NCBI GenBank assembly: GCA_949738465.1
Contig: CATJBQ010000110.1
Coordinates: 22,608 to 86,607 of the forward strand
Source: an uncultured Lachnospiraceae bacterium
GTDB taxonomy: Bacteria > Bacillota > Clostridia > Lachnospirales > Lachnospiraceae
Direction: 5' to 3'
DNA: 64,000 bases
Shown here: positions 45,954 through 54,605 of the stretch, one piece after another
Position numbering within the stretch: position 1 is the stretch's first letter
Layout: every line of letters starts with the position of its first letter
Translations under genes and position numbers: made by a program
Notes under the pieces: generated by a model
The model's input: the letters and a program-made list of their open reading frames with translations, nothing else
Told to the model about the DNA's origin: nothing
The model's database searches: none

Positions 45954-47201
45954 TCAGCTATTCCCATCCCCCGTCTCCAGTATCCCCAGAATCTTAGAGG
46001 ACTCCTCCTCCCCGATCACCTCCACCTTGGAAAGCCGCTTCTGGATCAGTTCATTCCGGCTCTGCAGGTCGTCTGCCACCGACTGGGCCTCCTGGAGCTT
46101 CTTCTGGGTCTTCTGGATCAGCAGGCCGAACTTCTGGTATTGGGCCTTCACGGCGCTTAAAATATGCAGGATATCCCTGGAGTTTTTGTTGACCGTCAGA
46201 TAACGGAAGCCGATGGACAGGCTGTTTAGCAGGGCAGCCAGGGTAGTGGGGCCGGAGAGTACGATTTTACACTCCTTCTGGCACCACTGGGCCAGGCCTG
46301 CAATGCGTATTACCTCCGCATAAAGCCCCTCGGTGGGCAGGAACATAACGGCGAAATCCGTGGTGTGGGGCGGATCGAGGTACTTATCCCGGATGGTGCG
46401 GGCCTCGGTCTTGATCCGCTGCTCCAGCTCCTTGACGGACTGCTTAAGGCCCTCGGCATCCCCATTGTTGGAAGCGTCCAGGATCCGGTTGTAGATATCC
46501 GCCGGAAATTTGGAATCGATGGGCAGATAGAGAAAAGCGCCCGGATCGTCCTTGTCCGGAATCTTGACGGCAAACTCCACCCGGTCGGAGGACTTGGCTT
46601 TGGTAGCCACATTTTCCTCATATTGGGAAGAATCCATGATATCCATCAGGATATTTTTCAACTGCAGCTCCCCGAAAATCCCACGGGTCTTCACGTTGGA
46701 AAGGGTCTTCTGCAGATCGGTAACGCCCGCGGAAAGAGACTGCAGCTCCCCCAGGCTTTTGTACAGGGTGGAAAGCTGGTCGCCGATCTGCTTAAAGCTT
46801 ACGTCCAGCCGTTCATTTAGGGAACGGTCCAGCTTCTCATTGACACTGTTCTGGATCGCGGTAAGCCGCCGGTCGTTGGCGTTCTGGATATCCGTCAGGG
46901 ATCTGGCGATCATCTGCTGGGTAGAAAGCTGCCCCTCGGAGGTGTTTTTCAGAAGCTCCACCTCCATCCGGTGAAACGAATCCTTTAAGGCCGAGGATAA
47001 GTCCAGGGCCGTCTCCTGCTGGACCTTCTGCTGCTGGAGAAGCATGCCCCGCAGGGTCTGGTTTCCGGAATCGATTTTGTCTGCAACCGTGTGGATGTGG
47101 GATTTTGTAGAAGCCTGCCGGAAACTGCGATTTGTTAAAAAAATAACAATTCCCAGCAAAACAATGATGATTCCAAGTAAAATAACAATAATCGTGTCCA
47201 T
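45954..47201 (-). CDS. rmuC: DNA recombination protein RmuC
   Basis: N-terminal TM, long coiled coil, and a conserved C-terminus ...VEFAVKIPD...YLPIDSKFP...DFAVMFLPTEGLYAE...IVLSGPTTLAALLNSL. AGGAGG precedes the ATG at 47201. Confidence 0.85.
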   Translation of the reverse strand: MDTIIVILLGIIIVLLGIVIFLTNRSFRQASTKSHIHTVADKIDSGNQTLRGMLLQQQKVQQETALDLSSALKDSFHRMEVELLKNTSEGQLSTQQMIARSLTDIQNANDRRLTAIQNSVNEKLDRSLNERLDVSFKQIGDQLSTLYKSLGELQSLSAGVTDLQKTLSNVKTRGIFGELQLKNILMDIMDSSQYEENVATKAKSSDRVEFAVKIPDKDDPGAFLYLPIDSKFPADIYNRILDASNNGDAEGLKQSVKELEQRIKTEARTIRDKYLDPPHTTDFAVMFLPTEGLYAEVIRIAGLAQWCQKECKIVLSGPTTLAALLNSLSIGFRYLTVNKNSRDILHILSAVKAQYQKFGLLIQKTQKKLQEAQSVADDLQSRNELIQKRLSKVEVIGEEESSKILGILETGDGNS

Positions 47202-47253
47202 AGGAGTCCTCCTGTTCTGAAAATCGATGGATCTGTTTGTCATGTCCCGGGTG

Positions 47254-48660
47254 TCAGGATACAATATTCTGCAGCCAGACCCCCTTCTTAATCAAAAGAA
47301 AGCCTACGATGCACTTGATGATGTCTGCCATCTGTACCATGGCGTAGACGCCTATCACCGGCAGGGGCGTAAACCGGTTCAGCAGGGTTGCCAGCGGGAT
47401 GCTGACCACCCAGATAAAAACGCTGTCAAACAAAAAGGTAATCAAGGTTCTGCCGCCGGAACGCAGGGTAAAATAAGCCGCGTGGAGAAATGCCTGCAGA
47501 GGCATAAAAACGGCGGTGGCCGTAATCAGCCAGCGGGCCAGCGTGCGGACCTGGTCATTGGTATTGTACAGCTTCGGAAACAGCGGGGAGCACAGGAGCA
47601 TGATGAGGGCGGTAACGCTGCAGCAGGCCACCGCAAAGGCGATCATCTTATTGTCCGTATCCCTGGCCTCCTGCATTCTGCCTGCGCCCAGAAGCTGCCC
47701 CACCACAATGGCAACGGAATTGCCCAGGGCGATAAATACAATATTAAATATGTTGTTGATGGTATTGGAAATATTCAGCGCGGCCACCACGTCCAGACTG
47801 TGGACGGAATAGCACCGGGTCAGCATAGCCACGCCGGCGGCCCACAGTGTCTCGTTGAACAGCAGCGGGCTTCCCTTAAGAATGATCCTTCTGGTAAGGG
47901 AGGCCGGCACCCGCAGGCTCAGGTAGAGCCCCCGGAGAAAAGGATACCTTGCGATTTTACCATGCGTCCGGAGGAGGACGATGATAAGCTCCACATAACG
48001 GGAGAGGACGGTGGCGATGGCGGCTCCCGCCACACCCAGCGCCGGAAATCCTGCTTTTCCGTAAATCAGCAGATAGTTGAAAATCAGGTTGACAAAAACA
48101 GCCGCAATGCCGGCCGTCATAGGAAGCACCGTCTCGCCGCATTCACGCAGGGTACTGGAGTAGACCTGGCTCAAGGCAAAAGCAGGAAGCCCCAGCAGCA
48201 TAATCCACAGATACTGTCGTCCGTGGTACAGCGTGGCGGCAGCGCTGGCGGCGGAACCCTCTCCCGTGAGGTAAGCGGTGATCAGAGCATCCCCGCCGCC
48301 CAGAAACAGCAGGATAGACAGAACGGAAATGGCGGCCGATACGTAGAGCTTAAAGCGCATGGTCTGGCGGATGCCCTCCTGGTTGTTCTGGCCGTAAAAC
48401 TGCGCGGTAAAAATTCCTGCGCCGGAAACGGCCCCGAACAGGCACAGGTTGTATACAAACACGAGCTGGTTGACAATGGCCACGCCGGACATCTGCTCCG
48501 TGCCTACCTGGCCGATCATGATATTGTCCAACAGATTTACAAAATTGGTGATACCATTCTGGATCATGATGGGGACGGCGATCCCCAGCACCATTTTATA
48601 GAAAGCCTTATCGCCAATAAATTTATGTAAGAAAGAAAATTTTTTCGTTGTATGCATCAT
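47254..48660 (-). CDS. MATE-family efflux transporter
   Basis: 468 aa with 12 hydrophobic segments. The N-terminus ...AVPIMIQNGITNFVNLLDNIMIGQVGTEQMSGVAI is typical of MATE/NorM proteins. Confidence 0.9.
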   Translation of the reverse strand: MMHTTKKFSFLHKFIGDKAFYKMVLGIAVPIMIQNGITNFVNLLDNIMIGQVGTEQMSGVAIVNQLVFVYNLCLFGAVSGAGIFTAQFYGQNNQEGIRQTMRFKLYVSAAISVLSILLFLGGGDALITAYLTGEGSAASAAATLYHGRQYLWIMLLGLPAFALSQVYSSTLRECGETVLPMTAGIAAVFVNLIFNYLLIYGKAGFPALGVAGAAIATVLSRYVELIIVLLRTHGKIARYPFLRGLYLSLRVPASLTRRIILKGSPLLFNETLWAAGVAMLTRCYSVHSLDVVAALNISNTINNIFNIVFIALGNSVAIVVGQLLGAGRMQEARDTDNKMIAFAVACCSVTALIMLLCSPLFPKLYNTNDQVRTLARWLITATAVFMPLQAFLHAAYFTLRSGGRTLITFLFDSVFIWVVSIPLATLLNRFTPLPVIGVYAMVQMADIIKCIVGFLLIKKGVWLQNIVS

Positions 48661-48813
48661 CGTTCTTCTCCCTCCGTAGACTACTTATTATAGCCGCAAA
48701 TGGTGGATTGGTCAAGGGCAGGCGAACATTCTTTCTGGCTTTTTTCAGCAGAACATGCTATAATCGTATCGTAAGAAAAATAACCGGAAAGAAGCGGTAC
48801 AAAGGAGAGTAAT

Positions 48814-49224
48814 ATGGCAAAGGTAGTAGATTTCCTGGACAAATATTACAATAACGAAACGAATTACAATTGTGCGGAAGCGGTATTTTCCGCCGCCATG
48901 GATGCCTGGGGGATTGAGATGCCCAAGGAGACGGTGAAAGCCATGGCCGGTTTTGGCGGCGGCATGGGCTGCGGCAATATCTGCGGCGCGGTGACCGGCG
49001 GCAGCGCGGCGTTAAGCTGCCGTTTTGTGGAAGGGAAAGGCGGGCATACCAGCCCCCTGCTGATGAAGAAGGTGCGGACCTATGTGAAGCTGGTGCGCGA
49101 AGCTTTTGGATCGGAGGACTGCATCGGCTTAAAGCCGCAGTTCTTCAAGCCGGAGATCCGCTGCCGCCAGACCATCGAGCAGGTGGCCGGGATTCTGGAT
49201 CAGGTATACGAGATGGAGGACTAA
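48814..49224 (+). CDS. C_GCAxxG_C_C-family putative redox protein
   Basis: Contains NCAEAVF...GFGGGMGCGNICGAVTGG...C, matching the family's eponymous Cys pattern. Confidence 0.8.
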   Translation: MAKVVDFLDKYYNNETNYNCAEAVFSAAMDAWGIEMPKETVKAMAGFGGGMGCGNICGAVTGGSAALSCRFVEGKGGHTSPLLMKKVRTYVKLVREAFGSEDCIGLKPQFFKPEIRCRQTIEQVAGILDQVYEMED

Positions 49225-49228
49225 GGGG

Positions 49229-50497
49229 ATGCGAGGGAGAGGTATATGGCTTGTTCTTCTGCTGGCGTTCCTTCTGGCCGGATGCAGCCGGAGAGAAGAA
49301 GCAGAGGAGCTGCAGGGGGAGGAGACGCAATCATCGTCTGCGGAGGATGCCGGGGATGAGGACAGCGGGTGGTATCCCAGAGGAGAACGGATTGAGGGAC
49401 AATGCTTTGATATCAGCCTGGAACCTGTGGGAAAGGTAACCTTTTCTTCCTGCTGGCCGGGAGAGAACGCCGGGGAGAATGCGGACGCCGTGTTTCTTAT
49501 TGAGAAAAACGGTGTGGTCTGGCAGCAATTAGAGGGAATGGAGGAAAATAACGTCCGCCAGGACATGAAGCTGGACCAGGTGGAGGCCGTCTCCTTTTTT
49601 GACGGCAACCAGGATGGCTATGATGATATTCTTCTGATTATAAGCTATGAGACGGACCAGAAGGAGGATTATGCGGAAGTGCGCCTTTACCAGGGCAGCA
49701 CAACCGGCAGCTTTGATCTGGAGCGGGAGCTTTCCCGGGAGCTGACCGAGGAGCTTCTAAGCCCCACCATTGCCGACGCCAGGCTTTATCTCAGGAACCG
49801 GTCCGGTTTTATACAGGAAGCGGATGGGGCTCAGGTGATGATGGTGGAGAATGCCGTGCCACCGGAGTATCAGTTGGAGCTGATTCTGGAAAACAGTGAT
49901 CTTTGGAAATGGGATGAAGACGATACGTATTATATGCACCATTATGCGGTGACGGATCTGGATCAGAATGGCAGGCTGGAGATACTGTCAGCCAGTATCC
50001 AGGGGACCGGACAGTACACTTACATCAACTGCTATGAGGTCAATGAGTGGGGAGACGGGCTGGATGAGGTGCTTTCGGATCTTTCCGATCTGGGTTTCAG
50101 CCCGGATCTGATCCAGAAGAACCTGACGGTCTATATTGACAGGAAAGCGTCTGTTTACCGGTACCTGGCAGATGATTTTTGGCGTATTTCCGCTGCCGAA
50201 TATAGGAACACGAGGATGGCTGTGACAAAGAAAGATGGGGAACTGGCGATGGAGCCACTGGTTTATGAGGAGGTTTTTGCCAGCGAGGATTCCGAGACCC
50301 ATTTGTACTATCAGGCAGACGGCACTGAGATCACGAAAAAGGAATATGATGCATTTGTAGACAGCCGGTATGAGGAGCTTGACAAGAGAACGGCCAGGCT
50401 GGGCTGGTTTTCTCCGGAGCTGCCGCTGTCATTTTACGACATCTATGAGGTTTCTGAGATGCTGGAGGAGTCCTGGAGCGGTTTTGATCTTTATTAA
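49229..50497 (+). CDS. lipoprotein of unknown function
   Basis: Signal peptide with lipobox LLAGC. Two FG-GAP-like Asp-rich loops (FDGNQDGYDDILLI, TDLDQNGRLEIL). Confidence 0.6.
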   Translation: MRGRGIWLVLLLAFLLAGCSRREEAEELQGEETQSSSAEDAGDEDSGWYPRGERIEGQCFDISLEPVGKVTFSSCWPGENAGENADAVFLIEKNGVVWQQLEGMEENNVRQDMKLDQVEAVSFFDGNQDGYDDILLIISYETDQKEDYAEVRLYQGSTTGSFDLERELSRELTEELLSPTIADARLYLRNRSGFIQEADGAQVMMVENAVPPEYQLELILENSDLWKWDEDDTYYMHHYAVTDLDQNGRLEILSASIQGTGQYTYINCYEVNEWGDGLDEVLSDLSDLGFSPDLIQKNLTVYIDRKASVYRYLADDFWRISAAEYRNTRMAVTKKDGELAMEPLVYEEVFASEDSETHLYYQADGTEITKKEYDAFVDSRYEELDKRTARLGWFSPELPLSFYDIYEVSEMLEESWSGFDLY

Positions 50498-50571
50498 ATG
50501 AGCTGCCCATTTGACTTTCCGCTGCCGTCATGGTAAAATCCTGTAAGAATGTGAGACAGGAGGAAAGCCGG

Positions 50572-51075
50572 ATGGAATACTGGGATATCTATGATAAGGA
50601 TAAAATGCGGACCGGACGCACCATGAAGCGCAACGACTGGCAGCTTCAGGAGGGGGAATACCATCTGACGGTGCTGGGAGTGATTGCCCGGCCGGACGGG
50701 AGGTTTCTGATCACGAAGCGGGTGGAGACCAAAGCCTGGGCGCCGGGCTGCTGGGAGGTTCCCGGCGGAGCCGCCATGGCCGGGGAGGATTCCCTGACGG
50801 CGGTAAAGCGGGAGGTCCGGGAAGAAACCGGCCTGGATGTGACGGGCTGGGAGGGGGGCTATCTGTTCACCTACCGGAGAGAGAATCCCGGAGAGGGCGA
50901 TAATTATTTTGTGGACGTTTACCGGTTCGTAGCGGATTTTTCCATGGAGGAGGTACGCCTGCAGGAGGCGGAGACGGCAGGCGGCATGCTGGCGGAGCGA
51001 AAGGTGATTGCCGCCCTGGCGGCGGAAGGGAAGTTCCTTCACTATGACAGCATCAAAAAAGCATTTGATCTGTAG
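50572..51075 (+). CDS. NUDIX hydrolase
   Basis: The Nudix box is GGAAMAGEDSLTAVKREVREETGL. GGAGGA precedes the ATG at 50572. Confidence 0.85.
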   Translation: MEYWDIYDKDKMRTGRTMKRNDWQLQEGEYHLTVLGVIARPDGRFLITKRVETKAWAPGCWEVPGGAAMAGEDSLTAVKREVREETGLDVTGWEGGYLFTYRRENPGEGDNYFVDVYRFVADFSMEEVRLQEAETAGGMLAERKVIAALAAEGKFLHYDSIKKAFDL

Positions 51076-51111
51076 CTACATATCAAATGCTTTTCCTGTG
51101 TTTGTCAGTTA

Positions 51112-51639
51112 CTAACGGATGTAGTTGGTAGCCACCCGGTCAAGGGAGACGGGACGCTCCTGTGTCTGGGGCTCCTTCTCGTAGCCCACAACGATGCCGG
51201 AGATGGGACGGAAGCCTTCCGGAATCCCCAGTTCCTTCGCAAAATCGGGATTGTGCTCCAGCATACGGATCATGCCGTAGATGTAAACATGGCCAAGGCC
51301 CAGATCGGTGGCCGCCAGGCACATATTTTCCACCATACAGGCGGAATTGGCAAAGGCAATCTCGCCGGTTTCTGCCAGGGAGGATACTACGATCCAGGTC
51401 TTGCCGCCGTAGAGGGGGTTGGCTGCGGGATCGTTGGCCGTCTCCCGGAGAACCCTGGTCCACTTGTCCAGAAATGCGGGATCCTGGATGACGGTCAGGT
51501 GCATATTTTCATAGAGCGCCCGGCCGATGGGGGCGGAGACGGCGGCGGTAAGGAGGGTATTTAGCTCCTCGTCGGTGATCTGTGCATCGGTGTAGCTGCG
51601 GCAGGAGTGCCGTACCAACATAGTTTTTAATGTTTCCAT
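51112..51639 (-). CDS. nitroreductase-family protein
   Basis: Contains METLKTMLVRHSCRSYTD... and ...AATDLGLGHVYIY. GGAGGT precedes the ATG at 51639. Confidence 0.85.
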   Translation of the reverse strand: METLKTMLVRHSCRSYTDAQITDEELNTLLTAAVSAPIGRALYENMHLTVIQDPAFLDKWTRVLRETANDPAANPLYGGKTWIVVSSLAETGEIAFANSACMVENMCLAATDLGLGHVYIYGMIRMLEHNPDFAKELGIPEGFRPISGIVVGYEKEPQTQERPVSLDRVATNYIR

Positions 51640-51723
51640 AAATAGTACCTCCATATCATATTCTATAATTACATTATAATAGATTTTGGACGGAATTTGC
51701 AAGAAAAATTAGGAGTGAGATCA

Positions 51724-52287
51724 ATGGCAGGACAGAAGGAAAATGTGGATGAGCTGCTGGCGGAGAGCTTTAAGGAGCTGGTGTGCACGCAGCCCATTGA
51801 GAAGATCACCATCAAGGAGATCACGGATAAGGCGGGGGTCATCCGCCCCACCTTTTACAACCATTTTCAGGATAAATACCAGCTTCTGGAGCAGATCATC
51901 GTCCACGATGTGCTCAAGCCCACCGGGCCCTTGATCCAGGCGGGTATGGTGGATGAGGCCATGCTTCTGATGCTGGCGGCGGTGGAGCGGGACCGGGAAT
52001 TTTACATACGCGCCAGCCGGCTGGAGGGGCAGAACTCCTTTGAGGAGATTGTCCGGGGCTGTATCCGCGATACGCTGCTGGAGATTATGCAGGGCCATGA
52101 CGTGTTTCGGACGCCGAAGAACCGCTGGATGACGCCGGAGCATGTGTCGGAGTATTATGCCCAGTCCATGTGCTATATCTTTATGATCTGGATCAAAACC
52201 GGCATGAGCGTGCCGCCAAAAGAGGTGGTGGAGATCTACAATTACATTATCACCCATTCCATGAAGGACGTTCTGGAGGGAAAATAG
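51724..52287 (+). CDS. TetR/AcrR-family transcriptional regulator
   Basis: The N-terminal HTH reads IEKITIKEITDKAGVIRPTFYNHFQDKYQLL. Divergent from the nitroreductase gene and upstream of the MMPL gene. Confidence 0.85.
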   Translation: MAGQKENVDELLAESFKELVCTQPIEKITIKEITDKAGVIRPTFYNHFQDKYQLLEQIIVHDVLKPTGPLIQAGMVDEAMLLMLAAVERDREFYIRASRLEGQNSFEEIVRGCIRDTLLEIMQGHDVFRTPKNRWMTPEHVSEYYAQSMCYIFMIWIKTGMSVPPKEVVEIYNYIITHSMKDVLEGK

Positions 52288-52403
52288 GCCCTTCTGACTA
52301 CAAATAGCCCTGTCTGTATTGGAAAGGCAACATTTGGGGCGTTTTGTAGCGGCAGGACGACAGATCGACGGAAATGTATCAATTGGACAGACAGAACAAA
52401 GAG

Positions 52404-52433
52404 ATTGAATCTTCCCGGATTCAGTCTTTTTTT
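52404..52433 (+). terminator. intrinsic terminator between the TetR and MMPL genes
   Basis: Stem attgaatc/gattcagt around the loop ttcccg, then a T7 run. A TATACT -10 follows. Confidence 0.6.
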
Positions 52434-52484
52434 GTATACTTCTATCTGAGCTCGAAAATGAAACAGAAAGAAGTGAGGTTTGTA

Positions 52485-54605
52485 ATGGTAAAGTTTGGAA
52501 AGGTAATTGTAAAGTTGCGGGCGCCGATCCTGATCCTGGCGCTTGCCCTGCTGGTCCCGTCGGTATTCGGCTATGTAAATACCAGGGTCAATTATGATAT
52601 CCTGTCGTATCTGCCGGAGGAGATTGAAACCATGAAGGGACAGGAGATCCTGGTGGAGGAGTTTGGCGTAGGCGCCTTTTCCCTCTGTGTGATGGAAGAT
52701 ATGGCTTATAAGGATGTGGCGGTCTTAAAAGCAGAGATGGAGGAGGTTGCGCATGTCAAGAGCGTGCTCTGGTACGATTCCCTGGCGGACCTTTCGGTTC
52801 CGGTGGAATTTTTGCCCCAGGAGGTTCGTGAATTTTTTAACAATGGGGATGATACCATGCTGGCGGTTCTCTTTGACACCTCCATGTCCGCCGATGAAAC
52901 CATGGAGGCCATCGAAGAAATCCGTTCCCTGGCGGAGGAGCGCTGCTTTGTCAGCGGCATGTCGGCGGTGGTAACCGATATCAAGAACCTGTCGGATCAG
53001 GAGGTTCCCATTTATGTACTGATTGCGGTGGTCCTGTGCCTGCTGGTGCTGGCGCTGACCATGGATTCCTTCCTGGCTCCCGTTTTTTTCCTTGTGAGCA
53101 TCGGGATGGCAATTGTTTATAACCTGGGCAGCAATGTGTTTATGGGGGAGATCTCCTATATTACCAAGGCGCTGAGCGCGGTGCTGCAATTGGGCGTTAC
53201 AATGGATTACTCCATTTTCCTGTGGCACAGCTACGAGGAGAACCAGGAGCGGTATCCGGGGGATAAGAACCGCGCCATGGCCCATGCCATTGGAAATACC
53301 ATCACCTCTGTGGTGGGAAGCTCCATCACGACGGTGGCAGGCTTTGTGGCATTGTGCTTTATGAGCTTTACTCTGGGGAAGGACTTAGGGATTGTCATGG
53401 CCAAGGGCGTTGTGCTGGGCGTGATCGGATGTGTAACCATCCTGCCCTCCATGCTTTTGATTTTTGATAAGGCGATCCAGAAGACCAGGCATAAAGCCCT
53501 GCTGCCGGATCTGGGAAGGATTTCCGAGTTTGTAACAAGAAAATACCGGGTATTCCTGTTGCTTTTCCTGGCTCTGCTTTTCCCGGCCATTTATGGCTAC
53601 ACCCATACGGATGTGTACTACGACCTGGCGGGAACACTGCCGGAGGATTTGTCCAGCATTATGGCAAATACAAAGCTGGAGGAGGAATTTGATCTGAGCT
53701 CCACCCATATGATCCTGGTGGACAGTCAGATGGAGCCCAAGGAGACGGCGGCCATGATCGACGAGATCGGCCGGGTGGACGGCGTGAAGCTGGCCATGGG
53801 GCTTGACTCCATCCTGGGACCGGCTTTCCCACGGGAAATGGTTCCGGATTCCATTAAGGAAATTTTAATGGATGAAAATTATCAGCTCCTTCTGGTCAGC
53901 TCCCAATATAAGGTGGCTTCCGATGAGGTCAACGACCAGGTGGAGGACCTCAATGAAATCGTAAAAAAATACGATCCCAGCGGAATGCTGATCGGAGAGG
54001 CGCCCTGCACCAAGGATCTGATTACCACCACGAACCGGGATTTCCAGGTGGTCAGCGCCATTTCCATCGGCGCCATCGCACTGATTATCGCACTGGTGTT
54101 CCGGTCTGTCACGTTGCCGCTGATCCTGGTGGCGGTAATCGAATTTGCCATTTTTATCAATATGGGAATCCCGGCCTATACCGGAACCCAGTTGCCCTTT
54201 ATCGCTTCCATCGTCATTGGCACGATCCAGCTTGGGGCTACGGTAGATTACGCAATTCTCATGACCAACCGCTATAAAAAGGAGCGGTACCGGGGCGCTT
54301 CCCGCCGGGAAGCGGTGCAGACGGCCCATGCGGCGGCCATCCAGTCGGTATTTGTAAGCGCCTTGAGCTTTTTTGCGGCAACCTTTGGCGTGGGCCTTTA
54401 TTCCAATATCGATATGATCAGCGCCCTGTGTATCCTGATGGCCCGGGGAGCAATCATCAGTATGTTTGTGGTAGTCTTTATCCTGCCGGCCATGCTCCTG
54501 TGCTTCGACCGGGTGATCATAGCCACCAGCGCAGGCTTTCGCCAGAAGGGCGAAAAACAGAAAAAAATGTTGAATTATGGAGGGAAAGAAAATGAAGCTT
54601 TGTGA
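52485..54605 (+). CDS. MMPL/RND-superfamily membrane transporter
   Basis: Two repeats of TM, large loop and a 5-TM bundle. The conserved blocks are GVTMDYSIFLWHSYEE and GATVDYAILMTNRYKKE. Confidence 0.85.
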   Translation: MVKFGKVIVKLRAPILILALALLVPSVFGYVNTRVNYDILSYLPEEIETMKGQEILVEEFGVGAFSLCVMEDMAYKDVAVLKAEMEEVAHVKSVLWYDSLADLSVPVEFLPQEVREFFNNGDDTMLAVLFDTSMSADETMEAIEEIRSLAEERCFVSGMSAVVTDIKNLSDQEVPIYVLIAVVLCLLVLALTMDSFLAPVFFLVSIGMAIVYNLGSNVFMGEISYITKALSAVLQLGVTMDYSIFLWHSYEENQERYPGDKNRAMAHAIGNTITSVVGSSITTVAGFVALCFMSFTLGKDLGIVMAKGVVLGVIGCVTILPSMLLIFDKAIQKTRHKALLPDLGRISEFVTRKYRVFLLLFLALLFPAIYGYTHTDVYYDLAGTLPEDLSSIMANTKLEEEFDLSSTHMILVDSQMEPKETAAMIDEIGRVDGVKLAMGLDSILGPAFPREMVPDSIKEILMDENYQLLLVSSQYKVASDEVNDQVEDLNEIVKKYDPSGMLIGEAPCTKDLITTTNRDFQVVSAISIGAIALIIALVFRSVTLPLILVAVIEFAIFINMGIPAYTGTQLPFIASIVIGTIQLGATVDYAILMTNRYKKERYRGASRREAVQTAHAAAIQSVFVSALSFFAATFGVGLYSNIDMISALCILMARGAIISMFVVVFILPAMLLCFDRVIIATSAGFRQKGEKQKKMLNYGGKENEAL

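Noticed and set aside
45722-46160. Two plus-strand ORFs (91 and 100 aa) crossing the attR-like repeat and the rmuC 3' end.
   Set aside because: They run through the partial tRNA copy and antisense to rmuC. Only the first ~15 codons resemble an HTH fragment, and I treat that part as a remnant within the element finding.
47227-48630. 467-aa ORF on the plus strand.
   Set aside because: It is antisense to the MATE transporter gene. It has no hydrophobic segments or motifs and a Gln/Gly/His/Arg-rich composition, while the minus-strand product is a canonical 12-TM MATE protein.
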